Virus record (IMG/VR): IMGVR_UViG_3300034082_001419
Coordinates: 32,001 to 96,000 of that record
Source of the DNA: a virus
Strand: one strand, 5' to 3'
Length of the DNA: 64,000 nucleotides
This document shows positions 30,331-39,555 of the stretch, piece after piece. The position numbers were made by a program, and so were the translations under genes. The number at the start of each line of letters is the position of its first letter. Positions within the stretch are counted from its first letter, which is position 1. Under the pieces are notes generated by a model. The model did no database searches, had not been told where the DNA came from, and worked only from the letters and a program-made list of their open reading frames with translations.

Positions 30331-31644
30331 TTAAGGAGCAGGAGCAAGTGGAATACGTGGAGTACATGCTGTAACTGCATCAATAACTTCTAATTCAGCA
30401 CAATCATTACAATTAGATAACCAGTTTGTAACAAAGTTTTCAAATTGATTATCAACACCATCAGTAATAATTTCTAATAAGTATTGCTCATTATCAAATG
30501 TACTTGTAGGGTTATTGAAACGTGGAACTGAGTGTTGTAAATAGTATCTTGTGTAGAAAGAATTTCTATCAATAGTATTTAAGATTTCATTTCCTTGTGT
30601 GATCTCTCTTATTCTTAAATCAGAATGGAAGAAGTTTTGTCTGTATCTTTCTGATAAGATTACATCTCTTGCAACTGACTCACCTAGACCCATTGCTTGT
30701 AAACCTTCACATTCAGTAACTACACATAATCCTTCAAATTCACATGGAGCACCAGCATAATCAACTAAAGAAGCATACAATTTAACTGGCTCTTTTTCAT
30801 AGAAATCAGAAGTTTGGAATGTACAGTCATCAAAACTAGTTCCAACATACGCACCATACAAAGTAATACCTGCGTATTGACCTACTGTGTGTCCTGGAGA
30901 TACATAGTTATCCCAAGTACCACCAATTGAATATCCAGCTGGAGCAACTAAACCTGATACATTAGTTCCTGGTGCATACCAAATTGAATTATCTTCTGCA
31001 GTAACTACTGGTAATACAAACGGAGAGATTACAGTTTTAGCTGAATTAACAATTGTATTTGGTAAACTAACACCAACAATATTTTGAGCCCATTGGATCA
31101 TTACTAAAGTACCATCAACTGGAACTGGAGCAATAGAACCTGCTGGACAACATCCTGTGTAAGCTTCAACAGTTAAGTAAGCATTGTGATTTAAAAATCT
31201 TAATGCAGGAGAACCTTTAACGTCAATACGTAAAGAATAAGTCTCATCACATAAAAATTCTTTTTCACATGAACCACCAGCTAAAGCGTTAAATGGAGTG
31301 TATCCAATATTGATTACATTTTGTTGAGCAGCGTTTGGATCAACTCTGTAAAATCTATTTACATACTTAGGATTAATAAGTTTAGATTTATTAGACTCTT
31401 GGTATCCACCGTGAGATCCAATTTTATCTTTAGTATATAAAGATCCTGAAGCAAGAATTAATGGGCAACAACTTCCCTCCATAGGACCACTTGTACTTAC
31501 TAATTCCCAAGTTTTAGGATCAACAAATGCAAACTGACCAGTTGCTAAAATGTTACCTGGTGTCCCTAATTGACCGTTTGCTAGGTCTGTGAAACCTTGT
31601 GTTCCAACGAAAGCCTTTTGAAAGGCATGATTAAAATAAGCCAT
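30331..31644 (-). CDS. Abundant virion structural protein (auxiliary capsid-type candidate), 437 aa
   Basis: Has own promoter motif and terminator, suggesting high expression; beta-rich; position in crAss-like head block. Specific role inferred. Confidence 0.55.
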   Translation of the reverse strand: MAYFNHAFQKAFVGTQGFTDLANGQLGTPGNILATGQFAFVDPKTWELVSTSGPMEGSCCPLILASGSLYTKDKIGSHGGYQESNKSKLINPKYVNRFYRVDPNAAQQNVINIGYTPFNALAGGSCEKEFLCDETYSLRIDVKGSPALRFLNHNAYLTVEAYTGCCPAGSIAPVPVDGTLVMIQWAQNIVGVSLPNTIVNSAKTVISPFVLPVVTAEDNSIWYAPGTNVSGLVAPAGYSIGGTWDNYVSPGHTVGQYAGITLYGAYVGTSFDDCTFQTSDFYEKEPVKLYASLVDYAGAPCEFEGLCVVTECEGLQAMGLGESVARDVILSERYRQNFFHSDLRIREITQGNEILNTIDRNSFYTRYYLQHSVPRFNNPTSTFDNEQYLLEIITDGVDNQFENFVTNWLSNCNDCAELEVIDAVTACTPRIPLAPAP

Positions 31645-31677
31645 GATTTTTTTAATTTTAATTTATAAACATATATA

Positions 31678-31685
31678 TAATATAC
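31678..31685 (-). promoter_or_regulatory. Putative phage promoter element GTATATTA
   Basis: Intergenic copy of the repeated octamer, preceded by TTTTA on the minus strand. Confidence 0.55.
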
Positions 31686-31708
31686 TAAAACATTTTGTTT
31701 TAGCAAAA

Positions 31709-32206
31709 TTATTTTAAAAATAATAATTTGTACTTAGTTGAATTAATAGCATCTTTAATAAGATCTAAATTATTTACTATTTCTGAATAAGGTAGTTTAC
31801 CTTGTAATTTATTTATCATTGCATAAATATCTCTAAGATAATTTACACCATCTGCTACAGTGTCAAGAGTTCTTGGAGCAACATCTTTACAAGCTAAGAT
31901 TTTTTCAGAAACACCTTGATAACCTTCTATAAGAGTATCAGCATGTCCAGGTAGACCATCATAAAAATCTCCTATTGCTATATGTGCAGCATAAGATCCT
32001 TCACCAGTTACTTTTAAATGTAATTTATGAAAACTATTTCTTGCATTCATTAATTCCATAGCACATGCTGCAACCATTGTATCAAGAGAACTACCACCTA
32101 CACCTGAATCTATAATGGGTTCAGGTTTAGCTTGCTCAACTTTAGGTTGAGGTCTACTAATTTTTGTAGTATCAGTATTTCTTTTTAGCATTCTATTTTG
32201 TTCCAT
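31709..32206 (-). CDS. Ferritin/Dps-like four-helix protein (DUF5856-like), 165 aa
   Basis: HKLHLKV...SYAAHIAIGDFYD.L...ADTLIEGYQG...KYKL resembles the Dps-type H-x-x-H / H...D...E ligand pattern. Confidence 0.7.
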   Translation of the reverse strand: MEQNRMLKRNTDTTKISRPQPKVEQAKPEPIIDSGVGGSSLDTMVAACAMELMNARNSFHKLHLKVTGEGSYAAHIAIGDFYDGLPGHADTLIEGYQGVSEKILACKDVAPRTLDTVADGVNYLRDIYAMINKLQGKLPYSEIVNNLDLIKDAINSTKYKLLFLK

Positions 32207-32217
32207 TATTATAAATA

Positions 32218-32916
32218 TTAATTGTTTCTTTCTGCTGTTTCTGTTCCTCTAGAGAATTGGTTACCTGATTCAATATCACCAGCTAATATACTAGCAGCTT
32301 CATCAATTAGTAATTCAACTATATCATCTTTAAATTCACAGATTACTTCTGTAGTAGTTTGTACACTTGTATAAGGATCTACACAACCTAATACTTCTAT
32401 TCTTACTGGTTGTCTATAATATGTAAGACTACCTTTACTTATTTCAAATTCATTATTTGTATATACATTAACCTTATTATTTTTTAATGTAGCAAATGTT
32501 TCTGCCCATTCAAAGCTAGGTCTTTTAGCATTATCAAAAAGTAACTGATTTAAGTTGCCTTCTTCTGCAAGATATACTGACATTCTTCTATCATCACAAC
32601 ATCCTTTCTTAGCATAAATATCTACACGTTTCCATTGTAGGTAATTAGTTGGTAAGTCAGAGTAAGATGAAATATCTGCTTTTACAAATGGTACATTAAT
32701 AGTTCCTAGTAATAATTGTAAATCATCTATTCTTCTAGTTGATTGCTCATCACCTTCCTTCACAATATTAATACCATGAAGTTGTCTTCTGACCCATTCT
32801 ACTTGAGCTTTATTAAATGCCTCAACTACTTGCCAACATTCAATGTTGTCATAGTCTTGACTATCTAATTTGTTTAGCCTTTGTTTTACTTTTATTACTA
32901 ATACACTATTTTGCAT
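32218..32916 (-). CDS. Head-tail connector/ring-type structural protein, 232 aa
   Basis: LNKLDSQ...FNKAQ...EQSTRRIDDLQ.L...LTYYRQP pattern of crAss-like ring proteins. Confidence 0.6.
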   Translation of the reverse strand: MQNSVLVIKVKQRLNKLDSQDYDNIECWQVVEAFNKAQVEWVRRQLHGINIVKEGDEQSTRRIDDLQLLLGTINVPFVKADISSYSDLPTNYLQWKRVDIYAKKGCCDDRRMSVYLAEEGNLNQLLFDNAKRPSFEWAETFATLKNNKVNVYTNNEFEISKGSLTYYRQPVRIEVLGCVDPYTSVQTTTEVICEFKDDIVELLIDEAASILAGDIESGNQFSRGTETAERNN

Positions 32917-32919
32917 TTG

Positions 32920-33390
32920 TTATTTCTTTTTAACTTTCTTAATAACAGATTTTTTCTTAATACTTCCACCTTTTCTATACTGTGCATCTTCAATATCTTC
33001 AGCAGTCTTTAAAGGTCCATTATTAAAATCTTCTCTCCAACCTTTAGATCTTAGTTGTTTTTCTTCTTCATTTCTTAAGCTTTGTTCTAAATCAGCACTA
33101 GAACCCCATGAAGTAGCACCTTGTGTATTAGCAATTTTTGATTTTTGTCTATCTATATAGTCATTTGAATATGGTCCATTAAGTTTTAAAGCAGTTCCTG
33201 GATATTTTGTATCCATATATTTTGCAGTATTGCTATCCATAGGACCAACTGTTTGACCATTTTGAGCTTTTTTTAAATTTTGTTTTAATTCAGGTTTAGC
33301 TTTACCTTTTAATGAATTAAAAAATCCAAGTGGATTACCCAAAGGATTTCCCAATGGTCCCATTTTTGGTTTTGTTGTTTTCTTGTTCAT
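32920..33390 (-). CDS. Small basic protein with KAQxG and xxKGG tags, 156 aa
   Basis: LKKAQNGQTVGP; YRKGG followed by Lys-rich tail. Confidence 0.6.
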   Translation of the reverse strand: MNKKTTKPKMGPLGNPLGNPLGFFNSLKGKAKPELKQNLKKAQNGQTVGPMDSNTAKYMDTKYPGTALKLNGPYSNDYIDRQKSKIANTQGATSWGSSADLEQSLRNEEEKQLRSKGWREDFNNGPLKTAEDIEDAQYRKGGSIKKKSVIKKVKKK

Positions 33391-33392
33391 AA

Positions 33393-33905
33393 TTATTTCT
33401 TTTTAGATTTTAGAGTACCCCCCTTTTTTTTAATCATTCCTGTACCAACATTTGGTGAAGGGTCAGTATTATAGAATTGTTTTGCAAAACTATCTCCTTT
33501 ATCTAGTTTTTTAGAAACACTATCCCAACCTTTATTATTTTTACCACCTTTAAAGGGAACTTCTTCAAATTGCTCATAATATGGATATTTTTTATTTAGA
33601 GCAGCAACTTGATCTGCTAAAGGAACAATAGGTCCTTGTGGTTGATAATTTTTTATAAGATTACCATAATCTCTTTGAGCTTCTTCACTACTATTATTAT
33701 CTCTTATACCTGCAGCAGCTTGTCTAGATCTTGCATCATCCATTGCTCTTTTTTCAGGATTATTAAACCAATAATTATTTTGTGGTCCAACAGTATTACC
33801 TGTTTGTGCTTTAGGTAATGATTTTTTATATGCAGTTTGTCTAGCTTCATTAGCTTTTCTAAATGCAGTAATAGGGTGTTCTTTAGTTATTGTTTTCTTA
33901 GCCAT
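33393..33905 (-). CDS. Small basic protein with KAQxG and xxKGG tags, 170 aa
   Basis: LPKAQTGNTVGP; KKKGG followed by Lys-rich tail. Confidence 0.6.
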   Translation of the reverse strand: MAKKTITKEHPITAFRKANEARQTAYKKSLPKAQTGNTVGPQNNYWFNNPEKRAMDDARSRQAAAGIRDNNSSEEAQRDYGNLIKNYQPQGPIVPLADQVAALNKKYPYYEQFEEVPFKGGKNNKGWDSVSKKLDKGDSFAKQFYNTDPSPNVGTGMIKKKGGTLKSKKK

Positions 33906-33916
33906 TGTATATTATT

Positions 33917-34426
33917 TTAACAGTTCCACTTTCTTAAAGCTAATGCTTTTCTTGTAGGTCTACCTTTTTCATCTTTCATAGGTCCATCTACTCCAGACAT
34001 TCTGCTACAGAAACTCTTGCGTCTCTTAGCATCTTTGCTTTTAGGATCAAGTTTAGAAGGTTTAGTTGTAACAGCCATCTTAAGTTTACTACCAGGATTA
34101 GCGGCTCTATATGAAGCCACTCCTTTAGCATTTAAGCCGCCTGTTTTATTCTTACCTTCTGATCTTGTCCAAGCAGGAGTGCTGCCCCCACTTTTCAATT
34201 TGGGCATTTTATCATTTTGTTTATGCCAATCTTTTTCAGCTTTAACACCTTGTTTAACTGTCTTAGCATTTGCTGTTCTTGTTAAACTAATTTTATCATA
34301 ACTACCTTTATTTTTATTAGTATGGTTAACCATTATGTCACCAACTTTACCTTCACCTCTTTTAGTAGTTTTTTTATACACTAGATGTTTTTCATCACCT
34401 GTAGTAAGTTTAACTTTAGTAGCCAT
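33917..34426 (-). CDS. Basic phage protein (DUF6321-like C-terminal domain), 169 aa
   Basis: PAWTRSEGKNKTGGLNAKG.ASYR..NPGSKLK...RRKSFC.RM...ALRKWNC. Confidence 0.65.
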   Translation of the reverse strand: MATKVKLTTGDEKHLVYKKTTKRGEGKVGDIMVNHTNKNKGSYDKISLTRTANAKTVKQGVKAEKDWHKQNDKMPKLKSGGSTPAWTRSEGKNKTGGLNAKGVASYRAANPGSKLKMAVTTKPSKLDPKSKDAKRRKSFCSRMSGVDGPMKDEKGRPTRKALALRKWNC

Positions 34427-34428
34427 AA

Positions 34429-34581
34429 CTATTTCTTTTTAGTTGTTGCTTTAATCTTCTTTTCTTGTTTAAGCATTTGTGTAGTAGGTGCTTTACCAGA
34501 ACCTTTATTAGCTCTGATATTATCCCAAAGTCCTCTTTGAGATACACTACCATCTTTACGCTTTAACATTTGCTTTGCCAT
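34429..34581 (-). CDS. Small basic protein, 50 aa (below ORF-track cutoff)
   Basis: MAKQMLKRKDGSVSQRGLWDNIRANKGSGKAPTTQMLKQEKKIKATTKKK; fills the gap exactly. Confidence 0.75.
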   Translation of the reverse strand: MAKQMLKRKDGSVSQRGLWDNIRANKGSGKAPTTQMLKQEKKIKATTKKK

Positions 34582-34582
34582 T

Positions 34583-35200
34583 TTACTTTACTTTTTTAAG
34601 TCTAGGGTTTGCAGCTTTAGCTTTAGCACTAGCTTTTCTAGCAGATGATGCTAATATAGCTCCAGCAGCTTCTTTACTAATACCTTGTTTAGCAGCTATC
34701 TTAGATTGTACAGCTTTGAATCCTGGATGAGTAGTTCCACCTGATTTTTTATTTTCAAGTGCTTGCTTATCAAGTAATTTCTTACCTTTCATAGCACCTA
34801 AACCAAGTGCACCTATAGTAGCAACAGTTCCAAGAACTTTACCAACTACAGGTCCAACTTTACTCATTGCTCTACTTCTATTATTTTTTCTTTGTGCTTT
34901 AGCATAACCACATCCTTTTGGCTTACCAGGTCCACAACTTTCAGTCATACCACCAACTTCTGCTTTAGGTATAACTTTCTTACCAATAAGAATATCAGCT
35001 TTAGTTATTTTACCATCTTTATTTAAATCTGGAAAAGATTTAGTAGACCCACCTTTTCTACCAAATCCCATTTGAGATGACGTACCCATATTTTCTTGAG
35101 GAATACCATACATATTAACTGGTGCTTTTGCTACTGCAGAACCACCTAATTTCATTTTCTTAGTACCTCCACAAGAAGCACATCCTAGTTTCTTTGCCAT
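34583..35200 (-). CDS. Basic mosaic protein with EF-hand-like loop, 205 aa
   Basis: DLNKDGKITKAD loop; segments separated by MKLGG, GRKGG, AEVGG, KKSGG. Confidence 0.65.
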   Translation of the reverse strand: MAKKLGCASCGGTKKMKLGGSAVAKAPVNMYGIPQENMGTSSQMGFGRKGGSTKSFPDLNKDGKITKADILIGKKVIPKAEVGGMTESCGPGKPKGCGYAKAQRKNNRSRAMSKVGPVVGKVLGTVATIGALGLGAMKGKKLLDKQALENKKSGGTTHPGFKAVQSKIAAKQGISKEAAGAILASSARKASAKAKAANPRLKKVK

Positions 35201-35211
35201 GATCTTTCAGA

Positions 35212-35382
35212 TTAACATTTTTTACCTTTACTACCACCCATCTTCATTTTAGGTGCAGCTTGTGGTTTATTAACTTTTCCACATGATTTACCTGATGCAT
35301 TTTTTAATGCATATACTGGAGCGTTGGTTCCACCAACTCTACCTGTTGCAACTTTTTGTGCGTTTACTTTTGCGTTAGCCAT
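35212..35382 (-). CDS. Small basic protein, 56 aa (below ORF-track cutoff)
   Basis: MANAKVNAQKVATGRVGGTNAPVYALKNASGKSCGKVNKPQAAPKMKMGGSKGKKC. Confidence 0.7.
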   Translation of the reverse strand: MANAKVNAQKVATGRVGGTNAPVYALKNASGKSCGKVNKPQAAPKMKMGGSKGKKC

Positions 35383-35435
35383 GATATATAGTTTAAAAAA
35401 AGTATACCAGCATTACTGGTATACTCTAGAGTTAT

Positions 35436-36446
35436 TTACATATTCCACAGTTTTTCAACTTGTGTGTTTAAATCTTTTAATACATCCTCATTTAAAGGAC
35501 TTTTCAAAAACTCAATTACATCTGATACATTTCTACCAAGTAAGCTATTAGACTTAGCATGATAAATATAACCATCTGCCTTATTTATAATATACTTAAA
35601 AAATATGGAATCTTTAACAATTGCTTTGATTTTTAATGACTCCATGTCTAAAGCAGCAGCTTCTAAGAAACCTTTTGCAGCTCTTTCTTTATTACCTTCT
35701 GTACCTTCACCATTAATGTGTCTATCCATATTGTCATAGATAACATCATTAGGTGTATGTTTTTTATACTGTATACTTGCAGTATCAACAGACTTAGCAA
35801 TGTAGAATAACTTAGTACTATTTTTATCAAATAGTTTTTGTAATTCAGCAAGTGCTTTATTTTTAAGTTTTTTGTATTCAGTTTTAATACCACTTGTCTC
35901 AGTTACTTTATCTAAGTAAAATTTTGGCGGTACTGCTTTTGATCTTGCATCATCATAACTTCTTGATATAAGTGAGAATCCACCAGCTTCAACAGCATAT
36001 AGTTTTATTCTATCATATGGATTTGCAGGATCTAGAAATACTGGATCATTACCACATGACATTGTTATCTTATTCCAGAAATCTTTGTTATCTGGTTTAA
36101 GCAATTTTACCTCATTCCAGAATGTTGGACTCTCTACATCCAATACATTAGCTGCTAGTTCTTTCTCTAGTTCAGCAACGGCAATTCTGATTTCTCTTGA
36201 TTTTGCAGCTTTCTCTTCTGCAGGTAATAATCTGATCTCAGGAGCAAACTCATTTAATCCTGTTACATATCTTACTACTCCATTTTGCTCTAAACAAGCA
36301 AGTTGCTCATAATGTTTTACACCATCAAATAATGATTGGCCATAATGTTCTAATCCCATGTTTGACATTGAATTGTCAAAGTAAGGTTTGATTGAGATCT
36401 TGTTACTCTTGTTTGTGTTAAATACTTCTACGTGTGTAAAGTCCAT
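35436..36446 (-). CDS. Conserved head-module protein downstream of major capsid gene, 336 aa
   Basis: ORF track; YVTGL...FW...FLDP.NP.D pattern; synteny with crAss-like capsid block. Confidence 0.6.
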   Translation of the reverse strand: MDFTHVEVFNTNKSNKISIKPYFDNSMSNMGLEHYGQSLFDGVKHYEQLACLEQNGVVRYVTGLNEFAPEIRLLPAEEKAAKSREIRIAVAELEKELAANVLDVESPTFWNEVKLLKPDNKDFWNKITMSCGNDPVFLDPANPYDRIKLYAVEAGGFSLISRSYDDARSKAVPPKFYLDKVTETSGIKTEYKKLKNKALAELQKLFDKNSTKLFYIAKSVDTASIQYKKHTPNDVIYDNMDRHINGEGTEGNKERAAKGFLEAAALDMESLKIKAIVKDSIFFKYIINKADGYIYHAKSNSLLGRNVSDVIEFLKSPLNEDVLKDLNTQVEKLWNM

Positions 36447-36485
36447 TTTGTGTTGGTTTTAAAATGTTTATAATTGTAAATATAT

Positions 36486-36519
36486 AAAAAAAGGAGGAGA
36501 ATTAACCCCTCCTTTTTTT
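36486..36519 (-). terminator. Rho-independent terminator after major capsid gene (potentially bidirectional)
   Basis: AAAAAAAGGAGG-10 nt-CCTCCTTTTTTT. Confidence 0.85.
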
Positions 36520-36536
36520 ATTTCTAGTTTGACATA

Positions 36537-38153
36537 TTAGAATGATCCACCAGTGATAGGATTTCTCATAACAATTTTCAATACTTTAGTTGGATCTTTA
36601 ACCCAAATAGCTGGCATTGTTTGAGACATCATTACACGGTAACCGTTGAATTGTCCAGAAGATTGGAATCCTTGAGATCTACCCATGTAATCCATTGTTC
36701 CATTTTGGTACCACCATTTCAATTGATTATCCCAAGATAATTTCAACATGTAAATGTTGTCATTAGTATTATCTGTGATATCAAAGATAATGAATGAGTA
36801 AGAAGATAATGGGAAACCATCAATGATTGGGTTCTCAATATCATTAGTGTGAACATTATCAAATGCAGGATTCAATACAAATTTCACATTAGCCAAGAAT
36901 GGTATAACGTAAGAAGTGTAAGAGAAACCAAAGTTTAAGTCCATACCTTTACCAGTGATAGCACCGATATCAGCAGCTTGAATCAATAAACCTGAAGAAA
37001 TAGCTTCTTGTTTAATTGCTTCATTAACCATTCTCATACCACCCATACCTGTTTGAACAACAAGTTGACGTTTAGGATCTGGTCCTTGGAACTCAACCTT
37101 ACCATTGAAGAAGTTATATAACTCTCCTCTGAATAAATCTAAGTTGAAGTTGTTTTTGTTGTAGATACGTTTGAAAGAGTTATCTAACTGTTTCCACAAA
37201 CCTACTGATAATCTTACATCATCTGGTCCGTCTTGACGTACTCTACCCCCGTGACCCCACATAAGGTAAGTCTCAATATCAGAAGCAATCTTAGTTAAGT
37301 GAGCAGCCTCCATGTTAGTTAAGAAAGTTCTTGATAAATCACCATTATCAAATGCTTTTTTAACTGAGTCTTTACCCATTACTTTAACCATATCATCCAA
37401 AGATGAAATAGATGGATCTAATCCTTTCAAGTGAGATCTCCAGATTTCAGTTACAGGAACTGTACCATCTGCATTCATACCACCTTTGATCATTAAATCT
37501 GCTCTAGAAGAGATAGAGTAATGAACGTGAGCTTCAGCACCACCAACAAAGTTATAGTATTCACGGAATCCTGTGTTAGTTTGGATGTCTGAGAATCTCT
37601 CACCATACTCACCTCTAGCAGAACCTTTACGGAATACTTTAGTACCATTAGCTAAATAAGCATTATCAATGTACTTGTAGTTATCATTGTTAACTAACTG
37701 AACTGTATAGATAAATCCATCACCAATTGGTAAGATATCATCTGCAGTAATGTACATCTCAACTCCATTGTATTTGTCATAGGTAATAATATCACCATGT
37801 CCAAATTCTCTTTTGTTAAGTTTGATTTTGAAAGTTGTACCTTCAATACCTTTAGCTGAGTTGTTAGGCTCAATATCTTCTACTATGTAAGGAAGATCAA
37901 TTGATACCGGAGTTTGCCATTTGTACTCACCTCTTGCGTTATCTACATTGATAACATTTTTTCCACCAAAAGAAGACAACTGGTATAAAGGCATTTCAAC
38001 TTTTTGAGCCATAGCCCATAAGTCTACTGGACCTAAATCCATTGGTTCTGCATCTTTTAGCATGTTTTGTAAATGGTAAGAATCAACATGTGAACTAGCA
38101 TTGTATGCCGTATCACGTAGGAAAATACCATTATTTAATACTGGAGTTGCCAT
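36537..38153 (-). CDS. Major capsid protein (crAss-like), 538 aa
   Basis: Order terminase-portal-scaffold-this gene; GEYKW, LMWGHG...GLWKQL, TGMGG, KDPTK motifs; codon usage enriched in AAC/TTC/ATC; strong terminator behind. Confidence 0.85.
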   Translation of the reverse strand: MATPVLNNGIFLRDTAYNASSHVDSYHLQNMLKDAEPMDLGPVDLWAMAQKVEMPLYQLSSFGGKNVINVDNARGEYKWQTPVSIDLPYIVEDIEPNNSAKGIEGTTFKIKLNKREFGHGDIITYDKYNGVEMYITADDILPIGDGFIYTVQLVNNDNYKYIDNAYLANGTKVFRKGSARGEYGERFSDIQTNTGFREYYNFVGGAEAHVHYSISSRADLMIKGGMNADGTVPVTEIWRSHLKGLDPSISSLDDMVKVMGKDSVKKAFDNGDLSRTFLTNMEAAHLTKIASDIETYLMWGHGGRVRQDGPDDVRLSVGLWKQLDNSFKRIYNKNNFNLDLFRGELYNFFNGKVEFQGPDPKRQLVVQTGMGGMRMVNEAIKQEAISSGLLIQAADIGAITGKGMDLNFGFSYTSYVIPFLANVKFVLNPAFDNVHTNDIENPIIDGFPLSSYSFIIFDITDNTNDNIYMLKLSWDNQLKWWYQNGTMDYMGRSQGFQSSGQFNGYRVMMSQTMPAIWVKDPTKVLKIVMRNPITGGSF

Positions 38154-38185
38154 TTTTACTTATTTATTTATTTATATTATTTATT

Positions 38186-39442
38186 TTAAAATCTTTTAAA
38201 CATATTATTTCCAGGTGTTCTAGAAATTGTATTGTTGTTTGAAGTTGTTTTTCTACTAGCAGGTTTTTCATCTACTGTATTTGAAGAAGATATTTTCTTA
38301 GCTTCTTCAGTCTTCAACATTCTAACAGTTTTTTCAGTTGCTGCCTTAGTACCTTGGTCTTTGATCTTAGCTCTGTATCCTTCTGGATCAGCTAATAACC
38401 ATAATGCCTCAGCAATAAGATCATGTCTTGGTTCTACAAACTGGTACTTCTCTAATAGGTGACCTAACATATTTGTTGGTTTACCTGATATTGAAGGATA
38501 GTTTGGTTGAACTAATCCACTGTATAACATGTTCTGTGTTTTTTTATCAAGTTTAACACCGTCAAGTTCTCCTACTGATAATACATTATATACATTATCT
38601 GTATATTGTTTAGCAGCTTGAACTTGTTGTTCTTTTTTAGTTTCCTGTTCAGCAAGTTTTCTAGATACTATCTCTTCTTGCATTCTATCCAACTTAGGTT
38701 TAAACTGTCTAGCTTTTTGTCCTAACTTGTCTACATCTGCCCAGTCCTCAATTTCTGACTCTATTTCCTCTGGTGTACCAAAGTTAGTAGCGTATAAGTA
38801 TTGTCTTGCAATTTCTGCTTGGTGATTCTCATCATCAGCATCTAATTCAAATACTTCTTCTACTTGAGCAAGTGTTCTAAATAAACCTTTTAAATCTTGT
38901 CCACCATCTGCTACATATTTAGCTGCAGTTTTCAATTCATCAGGTAAAGCATTAAAAAAGTCTTTAGGTGCATCTTCTTTTATCTTTCTTTCTTTCTCTT
39001 GAAAGTTAGCTTCAAATAACTCTCTAAAATCTTTAGTAGTATACTCTTCTAAATCTTTATCATCATCAAAGCCAAAAAGAGTACCTTCTTCAATCATCTT
39101 AGTTGCTAACTCATATAAACCTGACTTATCTACTTTAGGTCTACCTTTGTTACCTGCTTCTTCTTCCTGAGAAATAAGTCCATCCAATTCATCAATTGTT
39201 TCTTGGACTTCTTCCTTAGTAATGATTTGCTCTGCTGTATCTGGTTTACTTGTTATACCAGTTTTACTGTCAAGGAACTCATAATCAGTTTTTGCATCTT
39301 TAGAAAAAAGAGATTTTTTCTCTTCTTCATTTTCTGGTAGCATCACGTTATCCGCACCAGGCATTCCAAATAATTCATCCAAGTTTACATCTACCTGTGA
39401 AATGGTAGTGTTATCTTGTGTTGTTTGCTCATCAGTATTCAT
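38186..39442 (-). CDS. Acidic scaffold-like protein, 418 aa
   Basis: Very acidic N-terminal half, helical, between portal and capsid genes. Confidence 0.65.
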   Translation of the reverse strand: MNTDEQTTQDNTTISQVDVNLDELFGMPGADNVMLPENEEEKKSLFSKDAKTDYEFLDSKTGITSKPDTAEQIITKEEVQETIDELDGLISQEEEAGNKGRPKVDKSGLYELATKMIEEGTLFGFDDDKDLEEYTTKDFRELFEANFQEKERKIKEDAPKDFFNALPDELKTAAKYVADGGQDLKGLFRTLAQVEEVFELDADDENHQAEIARQYLYATNFGTPEEIESEIEDWADVDKLGQKARQFKPKLDRMQEEIVSRKLAEQETKKEQQVQAAKQYTDNVYNVLSVGELDGVKLDKKTQNMLYSGLVQPNYPSISGKPTNMLGHLLEKYQFVEPRHDLIAEALWLLADPEGYRAKIKDQGTKAATEKTVRMLKTEEAKKISSSNTVDEKPASRKTTSNNNTISRTPGNNMFKRF

Positions 39443-39490
39443 ATGTTGGTCTTTATGTTACTATAAATAATATAACTATTTTTTTACAAA

Positions 39491-39507
39491 TAAACTTCTA
39501 AAATTTA
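39491..39507. promoter_or_regulatory. Operator-like palindrome copy TAAACTT-cta-AAATTTA
   Basis: One mismatch to the 8286 palindrome; intergenic, upstream of scaffold/capsid genes. Confidence 0.4.
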
Positions 39508-39555
39508 AAATAGACTATTTTTATTTTTTCATTTTTGGCATTATATAGCTAAATC

